A stretch of DNA of 64,000 bases from the human T2T-CHM13v2.0 reference genome, Homo sapiens, in the NCBI RefSeq assembly GCF_009914755.1, contig NC_060930.1. One strand, written 5' to 3'. Below are positions 1 to 12,790 of the stretch, one piece after another; the first letter of the stretch is position 1; each line of letters opens with the position of its first letter. The notes under the pieces are model-generated. The model saw only the letters and a program-made list of their open reading frames with translations, was not told where the DNA came from and made no database searches. A program made the translations under genes and the position numbers.

Positions 1-900
1 TCATCATCTTGTTAGGCTCAGTCACTGGATTTTTGCTTTGTCCTTCTGAGGAGATCATAGTTCCCTATTTGCTCCTGTTTCTAGTAGGTATATACCTATG
101 TCTTTGCATTAAAGGATTAGTTATTTCCATTTTCTCTTCCTGGCTTTAAATATATATATATATATTTGCTTAGCAAATCCTTACCACTAAGTTGCTGCCT
201 CCTTTTTGGCTCCAGATGCCATTTTAAGCCCAGGTTTGCCTTGCTCTAGTAAATGATGGGAGTGCTGTCTGTCCCAAATGGGAGGGGTCCCAAAGACATT
301 ATCCTGGAGGTGTGGGAAGACTGGCTAGGAGTTTGTGCCCAGGGGACCTGTGGAACATACTTCCTATAGCATAGTGCTGCTGAGTAGCCACTCTGATTTG
401 ACATCTCCTTTGACCAACTTACAGGCAGTTTCCAGGGCTGGGGATGGTGATTCCACCTACCTCCCTTGTCTCTGTCTTTCCTCAGGGATATTTCCTTCTT
501 CAGGCAGTCACAATAGTTCCTTTGGGTTAAGGCAAGAAAGTTTCCTTCCAGGGAACCCAAGATAGTAGGAAAGTTAGTTTACCACCTCAATTTCATTTTT
601 TCCAGTGTAGATACCATGAGTTTCTACATGGGGAAGATTTTCCATGTACTTGTTGTCAGAATGAATGGGGAGGGAGAGGCATCACAGATGTGGAAGTCTG
701 CTTCTCTTACCATCTGCTCAGAGTTTTTACACTTCCCTGTGGCCTTGGGAACTATTTCATCCTCATATTTGAGTTACGGGTTGTTGCTGGTGAAAATCTC
801 AGTGCTGTATATTTGTTTTGGGGGAGGGAGGGAGTGGGAGGGAGTGAAGCCAGTTTGCTTCTATGCTGTCATTTTAAAACTGGAAGTCCCCAATCCTTGT
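1..900 (-). mobile_element. Old L1 (L1M-type) 5'-region fragment, antisense
   Basis: T-rich sequence resembling antisense L1M 5'/ORF1-proximal consensus (e.g. tgtctttgcattaaaggattagttatttcc). Boundaries approximate. Confidence 0.5.
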
Positions 901-984
901 TTTTAAAACCATGAACAGCAGTGGGTCCCAGCTATACTTTAATGAACATTAGTGTTTAGCCACTTTAACTGGGTTAGTTGTCAT

Positions 985-1375
985 TAGTGCTATCCACTGA
1001 ATATTTCTGGCTGTCTACATTTTAGACACATGGTAGGATGGTACTTTCTCAGCCCCTCATGTTTGAGTGAGCCCATGTGACTACTTCTGACCAATGAGTT
1101 CTGAGCCAAAATTCCACAGTTATGAATCACTTTCAGGCTGCAATATTTACCTGTTAAACACCCAGAGCTCACCTTCTCTCTTCCAGAGCAACAAGAAATG
1201 CTCAGATGATGGTGGCTCTGACACTTTGGATCTCAGAGTAAAGACTGTGGTGTAAGATTTCCAGTCAACCAACAATGGATATATAGCATGAGCGATAAAT
1301 AAACCTTGCTATTTTAAGCCACTGAAGCTTAGAAGTTTTTTAATACATCAGCTTTGCTGAGACTATCTTTATTGA
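985..1375 (+). mobile_element. MLT1 (ERVL-MaLR) solo LTR, MLT1I/J-like
   Basis: MLT1 motifs ccatgtgactacttctgaccaatgag and 3' agcatgagcgataaataaaccttgctattttaagccactga. Confidence 0.65.
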
Positions 1376-2296
1376 CAAATAAGTTTTTTTATGAATAAGA
1401 AGTATTAGTGGTCAAACGAGGTGAATAACCTTTAGTGCAGGACTTCTCAAAGTCATCAATGTGCCATATACATTGTGACTGTCCAAGAAGGGATATGTAG
1501 ATGCGTTATTTCCCAAATTTATTGGTGGTCTATGAAACAAAAATGAAATCATAAATGAATATGAATACTGTACCAACTCAGAAATACACTTTTGAGGACT
1601 GTCCCTGATGGGTTTGTCCATGAGGAGCTAGGGTTCAGTGAGCTTATATTTCTTAATGTATAACACACAGCAAATCAGCAATACACCTTGACAATAGTAA
1701 CATTTCATCTCTGGGTGTCACTTCGACCTTCTACTGTTGCAGACCCACCGCGATGGCTTTTCTGAAACCAATTGCTTCCAAAACTAAGGGCTCCTATCTT
1801 AAGTACTATGACCACACCAAATTAATCAACCAGCCTTATTTGTAAAGTAGATTATAATATAATGTGCTCCAGGTCTTCATGAAATCACTCCAGTCTCATT
1901 AAAGCCTGCTGTCATTTGCCATTTGATTAGAGTCTGTGGGGTGGGGCAGGGGGGATCCCTCCTTGCCACACACAGTCTTTGAGTCTCCATTGCATACCAC
2001 TGAATGTCAGTGGGGCCAGTCTCTTCCCTCTCCAGGAAGATAAGATGAGAGGAATCTTCTAGCGCCTATTTTCTCCTAAGTTCCAGGCTAGAACTTTTCC
2101 TGTTCAATTTTCTTGGTCACCAAAATGTTCTTAGGGAAAATTTTGAAGTTTTCATCTGGATCCAGGTAAATAAAGCCAAGCCATAATGTATCAAAAAGAG
2201 GCCTTCTTTTTGGGCACCAAGTCATTTGTCTCTGCATGTGCAACAGCAAGATGTTATGAAATGTTCAGAGTAACACACTATTCACCAACAGAATCC

Positions 2297-2671
2297 TTCA
2301 TTCGTTGTTCATTCAACAAACACTGACAGAGCTATTCCTGAGCTTATTCACTAAGCACTGGAAATACAGTTTGTGGAGGAAAAAAAAAAGGAAAGGTAGA
2401 CGCTCTCTTGTCTTGGAGTTTATCATTTACTTAAGGCAGACATTACAATTAACCAGAACTAGGGTGAAGACATTGAAGAAAACCTACAAGTTTCTGTGAA
2501 GCAGTGGTAGGGAAAATGACATTTAAAGGGGACTTAAAGCCTAAATAGGAACTACCTTGGCTAAAGGGGAGAAAGGCCTAGGCAGAGGGAAGAACAGGTA
2601 TAAAGGCTGTCCAGAAGAAGCATGATGCATCCTGAGAGAATGGCAGCAGAGCTGAAGAATAGAGAAAAGAG
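2297..2671 (-). mobile_element. L2 fragment (continues a short way after the Alu)
   Basis: ttcattcgttgttcattcaacaaacac is the reverse complement of the L2 3' end, followed by a typical purine-rich L2 body. Confidence 0.55.
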
Positions 2672-2979
<308 letters not shown>

Positions 2980-5514
2980 AAGAATAGAGAAAAGAGAAAA
3001 GAATAGAGAAAGTAGAAAAGAATGTTGAGAGATGAGTCAAGGAATGTGAACAGAGGTAAGTGATATTATAGATATTTAATTATACATGCTATATATTTTA
3101 TCATATATATTATTAGTTAATATAAATATACAAAATAATATGCCTAAATGGCCCAAGAATACATATCCAGGAGTCAGGGCTGAGGTTAGCACTCTTGATT
3201 ATTTTTCTCCACCGTATTTGCTTATGCCTTCCTAGGGTTCATTTATTGTTGGCCAAAATTGACAAACTATGACTATCAATCCTTACCTAGATAGGGTTGT
3301 CTGTGATTTAATCTAACCTGGGTCCCTTTGAGTGGTGCTGAGAATACAAGATCTTATTAATGAGAATTTAATTATCTTCCATAATGGCTCCTAATTCACT
3401 CTCATGTTATGCAGCTAAGAACTAGATAAGGAGATTAAGAGTTCCCGACAGTGACCATGGTTGCTGGGCATACCTCTAGGCCAGCAGCAAGTGATAAGCA
3501 GGTTGATAGACATAGTAGGCTGCAATTTCTACAATCTTGGACATGACATGGAATGAAGCAGATAACATTACTCATCTTGTTGAAATACATTCCAATTTCC
3601 TTCTGTTAACATAAGCATAATGTTTCAATTTAAAAGGATTTTCTTTGTAGAGTGGTTCTAATATAATCTATATGTTCTCTGTTTCTGTCTTCTTGATCTT
3701 TTAAAAATTGATGTGATTCTTCTATTTTGGTTTTACTTTAACTATATTTTAAATCTGATTCCTCAGTCATTTTTTGTTATATTCTGAAAGACAATCTTTT
3801 TGGAATTCATAACCCATCACTGTTGTGATTCACCATCTGTCTCAAAAATCATAGAACCCATTTACATGGTTATTTAGGCTTTGAGGTTTGTGCAATTTTA
3901 TTATCTGTGATCAAGTCATTTGTCTGATGGAAAACAGTTTGTCTTTGACAGTTTTCTGATTCTTATTGAAAATGAAACCTCTGTGCTGAATTTCAAGGGC
4001 TTTTTTCATCACGTAAAATAAATGCAAAAAACCAAACCTTTCTTTATTATTCAGTTTCTACATTTTGTGAAAATATCAAGTGCATTTAAATTAATGATAA
4101 GTATTCAAGTTTTTTTCTTGTTGAGAAGAAAACCTAGCATCAAGCAACAATTATTTAAATCATGCTCCTAGAAGACATATATACAAGTTTATTCTCCATA
4201 CTTGCCTATGTGCTTATAAATATACATCTTAGTTCTTTAGGTTTCATAGTGAGTATTTTCACTAAAATGTAGTACATTAGTATATATGCTAAGTGAAACT
4301 GGCATGAGCAAAGGTTCAGAGGTGGCAAGGCAAATCATTGCTTTCTGTGATAACAGTAAGATATGTCCTTGAGGAATGTTCCATAGCTAGAAAGGAGTTT
4401 TTGCTGAGCTACCTATAATGCTCATTGAATTTCTGATTCACTCAAATATGTTTTTTTTTCCCATGAGCGTTATTTGTTGAGGACAATAGAAACATCATAC
4501 CTTTCTTTCTGTACATTAATTTTCTCCCTTTTCTTGACAGATATGCTTTTTTACCAGGCACTACTGAGAAAAAAACTCTAGGTACCTTTGGACAAACTGG
4601 TTGGGTTTAGGCCCTCTCATCAGAGAGGCATTGTGAGATTTGTATTATTTATGTAGTACTCCAAGGTAACGCCAATAAGTACTTTACAAAAAACAGAAAT
4701 TATCTGACAGTAATGAAATCATGTTCTTCCAGAACAAACAATACAAGGCCCTAGAGGTAATAGGGACAGGAAAGAGTACAGTCCGAGCAATACTCTTTTG
4801 TATACTCTGGGTGAATGCAGCACACAGCATATCGTTGTTAGCGCTAGCAAGCTTCATACAGGAAGTGGATACACTGGGTTTCTTTGCAGCAGGAATAGGA
4901 TCCGCTGAGGAGGATAATGTAGGGTGTTGGCCTGAAGTTATGAGTGCCTGAATTTGGTGGTTAAAGGTGCCAGAAGAGATGAAAGGGCCAGAGGAAGGAG
5001 TGGAGGTGGGGTGTGGGATGGGGCTGTAGGAAGGATGAGGAAAAGTTGTAAGCAGGTGCAGAGTCACGGGGAGGCTGGAAGGTGAAGAGAAGCCAAAGCA
5101 GAGTGGGAGAAGCATAGTCTGAACAGCAGGAAAGGAAAATGGACTTGGCAATAACATTTGGCAAAGACTGGAGTAGGAAATTGATGAGAAAGAGGCCAGT
5201 GAGAAGGAGTTTGTGTAAATCAAGGCAGGATGTGATGAGTGTCTTGGCAGCACAGAGAAATCAAAAAGATCAGATTTTAGGGAAAAATATTTTAAGTAAA
5301 GCTAGAAATGAGGACATACAGATAAAGAGAACATGAACTTAGGAACCAAGTTTAATCTCTTTTTATAGTTACCTTTACTCTCATCTACTACCATGTTGAG
5401 TGAACCCTATTTTGTCAAAGCTCTTCCCTTGACCTTCAATAGCACTGTTTTCCTGTTTTCCATTTACCTCTCTGTTATCCTTTTCCCCAGGGTTTCAACT
5501 TTTCTTTCAGATGC

Positions 5515-5571
5515 TTCATATATACATACATACATACATACATATATATATGCACACACATATATATATAT
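5515..5571. repeat. (TACA)n/(TA)n microsatellite
   Basis: Directly visible. Confidence 0.85.
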
Positions 5572-5779
5572 CTCAAAGCTGAAGCTCCCCAGAGCTTTAA
5601 TTTTGCATTTCTGCTGGATGGATATTTCCTAATAGATGCACTGCTATCACCTCATATATAGAACTGGTTTTCTTTGTATGTAGTTTTATAGTACCTCCTC
5701 TGTGGTATCACTGTTCTCTAGTTATCCACACTCAAAACCTTACCCCATCCAAATAGTTACCATAGGTAAGCAGGCAGTT

Positions 5780-6085
5780 GGGGATGGGTAGCCCACTCTT
5801 ATCTATGAGATTATTCCGAGATCTTCTAGTAGAGCTACTTATTTACATGTTGGCAGCTTCAGTAAGGGCAAAGGCACAGGTCCACATTTCAGCCTGCAGT
5901 AAGGCAAAAGAGAAAATTGAGAACAAAGCAGCTTCCTTTGAAGGGTATAACGGAAGTTGCACACATCACTTACCCCTCGCATCTCATGGGGCAGTACTTA
6001 GTCATATGACCACACCTAGCTGCAAAGGAGGGTGGAAAATGTAGTCTGTATCTGGGAGTCTGAGCCTAGCTACAATTCAGAGTTT
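5780..6085 (-). mobile_element. MLT1J/K-like MaLR LTR fragment
   Basis: cacatcactt...agtcatatgaccacacctagctgcaaaggagggtggaaaatgtagtct matches the antisense MLT1 motif. Confidence 0.6.
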
Positions 6086-6384
6086 TATTACTAAAAGGAA
6101 GGAGGAGAAATGCTCTGTGTGGAAGGCAGGGAGAGTGCTAAGGAGAGGGGAGAGGGAATTAGCTAGCACCCTGTGCCACAATTACAAAACCCCACAAGGA
6201 TCTCTATTTCCTCTAATTTTCTGTACTTACCTGCTTCCATTAAATTTACATTCCTTTGCTTTATTCTTTTACATTTTTATTACCTCTCTACCTAAAATAT
6301 AAGCTCCTTGAGGACTCCAACTGTATGATAAAATCTTTGAGCACCTAGCACAGCACCTGGTACATAGTGGGTGTGTAAAAATTA

Positions 6385-6651
6385 TCCCAACAGCACTCTG
6401 GGAGGCCGAGGTGGGTGGATCACAAGGTCAGGAGATGGAGACCAGCCTGGCTAACACGGTGAAACCCCATCTCTACTAAAAATACAAAAACAAAATTAGC
6501 CGGGCGTGGTGGCGGGCACCTGTAGTCCCAGCTACTCAGGAGGCTGAGGCAGGAGAATGGCGTGAACCTGGGAGGCGGAGCTTGCAGTGAGCCGAGATTG
6601 TGCCACAGCACTCCAGCCTGGGCAACAGAACAAGACTTCATTTCAAAAAAA
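6385..6651 (+). mobile_element. AluY, 5'-truncated (~25 bp)
   Basis: AluY diagnostics (ggctaacacggtg, gaatggcgtgaacc, ggagcttgcag). TSD aaaaattatc (6377-6386 / 6652-6661). Inserted in an L2 3' end (~6290-6380). Confidence 0.9.
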
Positions 6652-6811
6652 AAAAATTATCATTTTACAAACTATAATGATGATGATGCATTTTGGAATC
6701 AAACATAATTGGAATTTGTGACACAAGCTGGGAGAGAAGAACCTACTCTGAACAGTACACTAAGACATGTTAGTTGAAACAGTTACCAACTACAGGGCTC
6801 AAGAGTGCATA

Positions 6812-7085
6812 GGTTGGGCGTGGTGGCTCACGCCTGTAATTCTAGCACTTTGGCAGGCCAAGGTGGGCAGATCACTTGAGGGCAGGAGTTCAAGACTAGC
6901 CTGGCCACCATGGTGAAACCCCATCTTTACTAAAACTACAAAAATTAGTCAGGTGTGGTGGTGCATGCCTGTAATCCCAGCTACTCGGGAGGCTGAGGCA
7001 CGAGAATCACTTGAACCCAGGAAGCAGATAGCGCCACTGCACTCCAGCCGGGCTGACAGTGAGACTCTGTCTCAAAAAAAAAAAA
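6812..7085 (+). mobile_element. AluS (Sx/Sz-like) with ~20-bp right-arm deletion
   Basis: Alu dimer. gaagcagatagcgcc lacks the ggttgcagtgagccg segment. Confidence 0.9.
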
Positions 7086-7229
7086 TGCATATGCTGTTGC
7101 TGTGGTACACATATTATACCTTTTACTTAAAAGTGCTTTGATGGCATTCAGCTAACCTTCCTAATGCCATGTGAGATGATCCTGAGTATAATTATAATCA
7201 ACAGAGCTGAGAAGTTTTTGCTTGGCTCA

Positions 7230-7405
7230 TGATCTCCTTGAATCTTTATATCTGTATGAGGTCAATGTTAGCCTCCTTTTAAATATGAGGAAACTGAGGC
7301 TTAGAAGAAGTTGAAGAACTCACCATCACAGTATTGTGTGAGTGCTGAGTGATAGTTAACACCCGCTTTTCTGACCTAAAAGTCCAGTGCCCTTCCCACA
7401 TACTA
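7230..7405 (-). mobile_element. MIR
   Basis: MIR core atgaggaaactgaggcttaga. Confidence 0.7.
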
Positions 7406-10400
7406 CCAATTTATGAGCATGATATGCATAAGATGGCAATAAAGTAACCAGAAATTCTGAACATAGATAGATATAAAAAGGGAAGGCAGAATTTAATAGG
7501 CAAACCTATGGATCTTAATGAAATCATACAGCCAACTGTACTCCTAGGTTGAAAATTGGGGGAGACCTAACAGAAGCCATGCTGTAGCATCTTAATGCAA
7601 ATGGAGTAATATCTCTTGGTTACTCCAGAAGTCTGAAGGTCATAACTCTAGATGCTATATTGCTATAGATAAATTTCAGACCAATATGATGACTCTGTCA
7701 ACTATCAGAAAAGCTATAATGAGCAGTGCGAAGTAGCCAGGGGAGTGGGGTAAAGGTGGGACAATATCGGAAGAAAAAGAAAGAACAGAATCCATGGGAA
7801 TAGTCAGGGGGCTGTGACCTTGTGTAAAAGACTGAATCAGGGTGCAAAACCCTACAGAGAAAGGCTAGGGAGTTTGTGAAAGAAGTCATGTAAATACAAG
7901 GAAATGACCTTCTCAACAAGGGAAATGGAAACAAGGAACATGAGAAAATAACTTACTACAGATGGCCAAGAAGTCACTTACATCATTATTAAACACAGCC
8001 ACACTGAATGAAATTGGCAGAACCCAGCTCGAAGCTCATTACATAAAGAAGCTCATTTCGTGAAGAAACATGAGTTACAGAGATAATTGCTTAATAACTT
8101 ACAGGCTTCTGGCAAAATGGAGGTGTCAGATGGGGCTGGGTTACAAAAGTTTTTTAGGTGGAAATTTTAAAGGACCATGGCTTTAGGTGGTTCTCATGTC
8201 ACTGAGGAAACACCAGTGGGTCCCCACTGTGTCAATGGGAGTATACAAAGCCTCTCACTGCATGACTAAAGATAGGTTAAAGTGTGTCAGTGTTTTCACT
8301 AGGAAAAAAAAGTAGGTGCCTTTATGCTATTAAATTGCATATTACCTTATTAATTAATTCCATAATAATGTTAGAAATTTGATATTATTCTGGTCCAAGG
8401 GAGCTCCATGGAAATTTTCTTTCCAGAAAGGAGGATATTGAAAGAAATACAGCCACAATTATTTTGTTAAATATGAGAGACAGGAACAACTGGTTTTTGT
8501 TTTGTCAATAGAGATGATAACACATGTGATAATGTCAACAATATATTATCTATGTCTCATTCAATAGGGTGCTTTGCCCAAGATTAGACCTCCTATATTT
8601 TTTGATAGAATTGGGGTAAGGGTCTGAAACTTCTATTAGAGGTAGAGATATGATATGAATTCTACTTTAAGATAAAATTGTCTTTTTTTGTATATTGGGA
8701 AAACATCTATTTTAGCTCTCTGGTTAAGCAAAGATGAAGCAAAAATAATTTTTTTAAGTGGTAGGGGTGATGGGCTCTACAGTTCAGTCACAAGTTTGTC
8801 TCCTTGTGAGAGGAATCATATCCCAGCAGAAGCTGCTCTGAGCCTGGGAGTGAGAGGAAGCCTTTGAGGAGTTGAGGGCTTGGGCTGGGGAGTGGAGACA
8901 AGGCCAGGCTGGCAATGGCCCCTGGGAAGAAGGCCATGACCTAAGGAGGGAGACAGTAACATGGGACTCTGCTAGGCATGGGGACCTTGAGCACATTTAA
9001 GCTTTCTACCAATTTTATAAGTTTTCTATGCTTTAATTCCCTTTTGCAATTCTTAAGCCAAGAGTAAGATTTGGTTTAATACAGTTGTCTGGTCTTAGCT
9101 GTGTTTTGGAGAATTGGGAGACAGATCTGTGCCCACACTTGGGGAAAAGGGTGAGAGGAAGGGAGCAACAGTGTGAGGAGGCACAGGGGTCATCAAAGGG
9201 CCAGAAGGTGACAGAGTACAGCCAGACAGGAGTGTGGAACTTGCAAGCAGTCCTCCTAGGTTCATTGAAACACAGAGGGGTAAGCGACAACTGTGTTAAT
9301 AACTTGACAAAAAAAAAATCCCAAAACTTTTGCCCCTCTGTACACATTTTTACACATCAATATCAGGTCCAGTGGTCAAGTAAATAAATATTAATAATTG
9401 TTTGCTCCTGCTGAGTAGTTCACACAAAGTCTTGAGATAGCTCCTCTCCCATCCCTTTTCCTTATTCTGCTCTGTACAAACCAAGGGACTCATCAGGCAT
9501 TGGCCGGAGTCAGACTGCCATCTGTAGCCTGGAGCATCTTCACCTCTGGTTGAACAGACACTTGGAAGGTTGAGACCTCTGAAGCAAGGTTACCTCTTTA
9601 CCCCAACCCCTAATCAAATATGTCGCCTCTGCCATTTCTTCAACATTCTAGAGGGTAATCAGAGATTTATAGCTCAGAGAAGGAAGCATGGGAAAGTGTT
9701 ATAACTTTAAAGACTCAACACCTCTTTTAGTAGTCATGGCCCTTTTTGGGAACCTGTGGTAAACTTTGTAAAAGATAAAGCCTTCTTGGTGAGCTGATTC
9801 TTGGGAAGTTTCATTGGCTAGGTGGCATCTTTCATGCAATATTCTAGTTCAAGGGCAACTCCAGAATGGAAAATGTAAAATAATTGTTAGCCAAAAATGT
9901 CACTATATTTCACTGGCCTCCCCAGCTCATCAGTCCATGTACCAGAAGGGACCTTAAGAGGGGGACTTTCTGATGCTATCCAGGTCAGGACTTTGTTCTC
10001 TAAGGTAATCTGTGGTTTATATAATCATAGATAGGTTCCTTACTGTGCTATGGAGAAATTTGTTACCTAAGTTTTACCCACCAGTAATAAGTTTCTCCAA
10101 AGCACAGAAAGGAATCCATTCTAAGCCACTCTTCTTTAGAAAGCAGCAAGCAGAAGCTTATTTTTAACCAGTTAGTTGGGATCAGCTGAAGGAACAAGAG
10201 TATGACAGGAAGAATATTATGCAAGTATCAGATAATCCACTACATTTAAGGTTAAAAAAAAAACCCTTACATTGGGTAAGGAGGCAATCTCAAAAGTTTT
10301 TTAATAAAAATTTACTTTCTATTTTATTGTTGCTACTGCTGCTGCTTTTTAGCATTTCCTATTTTATTTTGATAATAGAAAATAAGAGGTTTCTGAAACT

Positions 10401-10429
10401 TATTAACAATTATCAATAGAAATGATGTG

Positions 10430-10650
10430 GGATTTGAGGTTAGAGAGATGTAAAAATGTACTGTGTCTCTGCCACCTATTTTGTGTGTGACTGTGAGGAA
10501 ATTATGTACAGTCTAGGGCTTCTCTTTCATTTTCTGTAATCATATCTACCTCATTGGGTTTCGGGAGAGGTAATAAAGAATCCAAATATACAGCACCTGA
10601 AATGCTGTCTGGTACATATTAGACACGATAAATGGCCATTTTTATTATTA
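10430..10650 (+). mobile_element. MIR
   Basis: ctctgccacc..tgtgtgactgtgagg..tctgtaa..tacctcattggg..tctggtacata..taaatgg..attatta. Confidence 0.6.
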
Positions 10651-10835
10651 TGACTATTGAAATAGTTTTTTAACTGTTGCAGCACAAGCCCTTCACACTC
10701 AAAAAATTAGAACAGCAGAAACATAACATAATGAAGGCTTGGAACTAAATTTGCCCATTATAGCAACTTTTAAGTATCAATTTAGTTTGCAAAGTTTAAG
10801 ATTTCCTGAAGAATACCAAAATTCCCAAGACATAC

Positions 10836-11194
10836 AAATATAGTTTGGCTGTGTCCCCACCCAAATCTCATCTTGAATTGTAGTTCCCATAATTCCCATG
10901 TGTTGTGGGAGGGACCCGGTGGGAGATAAATGAATCATGGGGGCAGTTTCCTCCATACTGTTCTTGTGGTAGTGAATAAGTCTCACAAGATCTGATGGTT
11001 TTACACAGGGTTTCCCCTTTCAGTTGGCTCTCATTCTGTCTTGTCTGCTGCCATGCAAGATGTGCCTTTCACCTTCCACCATCATTGTGAGGCCTCCCTA
11101 GCCACGTGGAACTGAGTCCATTAAACCTCTTTTTTTAATAAATTGCCCAGTCTCAGGTGTGTCTTTATCAGCAGCATGAAAACAGACTAATACA
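10836..11194 (+). mobile_element. THE1 (THE1B-like) MaLR solo LTR
   Basis: Starts atatagtttggctgtgtccccacccaaatctcatcttgaattgtag and ends cagcatgaaaacagactaataca. ~360 bp. Confidence 0.92.
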
Positions 11195-11619
11195 GTAACT
11201 TTCTACTACAGAAAATTGAGTAAGAGGATGGCAGTCCCTGATGGCCAGGAGCAGACCTGGCATTTGCAGCTAGACCGTGGTGTCCTCCTGTTGAACATAA
11301 ATAATTTAATAGAAAACCATTTTCAGATACAAAAACAACCTTGTCCATACCACAAAAAATGATCAAACATCTCCACATTATGTATAATATGTGTAATTGC
11401 TGATTCTCTACAAATCGCAACTTTAGTTATGCTTCATTCTTCTCACCTTTTAGACAGGAATTACTAGGGTACCCAGTCACAAAACTATTGCTACTTCCTA
11501 ATAGCATTCAATCCAAAGAAAAGTCCCACTTCCTTAAAACCTCCCCAAATTCTTGAATATACTCTTTTTCCTTTAGAAATATGTAGACACTGATCCACTA
11601 TTTATGGCATTGTTACGGA

Positions 11620-11930
11620 AGAGAAGTCTCTGAGGTAGACCTGATTATTTCTGCTTTTTAGGAAACTTATTTTTCTATGTGTGGGTGGACTTAAGATTCA
11701 CTTTTTTCTTTGTTCTTGAAGATTTATAATTTTTTTCAGGACATAGCTTGGTGTTGATTATTCTGTATCATTTTTTTTCTGGGTTAAAGTTGAGTTCTTT
11801 CAACTTGTAAGTTCAAGTCTGTTGATTATTCCAGAAGAGTTTTCTTTTATTATATTGTTGAATACTTTTCTTTTTTTCATGTTTTCTGTTCCATTCTTCA
11901 GAAATTCTATTCAGAGATCCTATTGGATCT
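11620..11930 (-). mobile_element. Old L1 (L1ME-like) fragment
   Basis: T-rich antisense ORF1-like sequence. Confidence 0.4.
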
Positions 11931-12379
11931 GGTCTTACATCTATCAACCTCTGTCAAATCACATTACCTGCTTTTCCTATAGCCACCCCTGCTGCCTGCC
12001 ATACAGCCAACTATTGCTCTTCTAATCGCAACATCCTTGCATGTGCCTTTTTGGACAGGAACATTTATTTTAGCTCATCTATATTTTGTCTGAGGTCTGA
12101 CAAAGCACATGTTATCTTTCAATGCCCTTTTTTATGTTGACCCAAATTTCATAATGTTTGACAGATATTTTCTATATTGTGATTTAGGATTCTTACTCCC
12201 TTCTTCATTATAACCTTTTTGTTATTTTGGGCAGGTTTCAAAAGAAAGAAGTTTCATCTCTAGCTAAAAGTATCAGAGTTGTTTTTAAAAGTGTACTGTA
12301 CAATCCTGGTACAGTGATGGTGTGTTTGGGAATGGTTGTTGTCTCCTTGACTCCCACTTCATGCCCCCACTTTGTGTAG

Positions 12380-12790
12380 AAGTCATCTGATTGGAGGAAT
12401 AATATCGGTTTCTGGGCCTGGCATATCCCTAAGTATGAGCTTGGTTCAGGAGTGAGCATGTGAGGTACAAGATAAATTTTGCAAAACTTCTGAGAAATAT
12501 TTTCTCCATCTTACAAGAGAGCACAGGAAAGAATAGCTTTTTTTTTCCTCTGTTAATGTCTTATATAGATGTGAGGTCTAGAAGAATTGTGGCCATCTTG
12601 ACTTCATCTTAAGGATGAGACTAACATACGGTGTAACCAGAGATAAGGAACCAGAAGGCAAAGAATTGTGTTCACAAAGTGATGCTAACCTTCAAGCTGC
12701 CCTTCCTCTGGACTTCCAGCAGATCTAGCCAATGCCAAAACATTTCCTTATTGTTTAAACATGTTGAGTTAAAGCCCTCCTAGCTAAAAA
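12380..12790 (+). mobile_element. ERVL LTR33/LTR16-like remnant
   Basis: gatgtgaggtctagaa..gccatcttg..cctctggacttc..tttccttattgtttaa motifs. Confidence 0.4.

Noticed and set aside
4684-5253. 189-aa ORF on the minus strand
   Set aside because: Low-complexity S/P/F-rich reading of a purine-rich, probably L2-derived tract. No recognisable domain.
9500-9900. Possible processed-pseudogene fragment
   Set aside because: No recognisable protein in any frame and no poly-A/TSD. A faint resemblance to a CR1/L3 3' end is too weak to call.
11195-11560. Possible THE1 internal region after the LTR
   Set aside because: Does not continue as THE1-int. It looks like a separate degraded ERVL-type LTR that I cannot name reliably.
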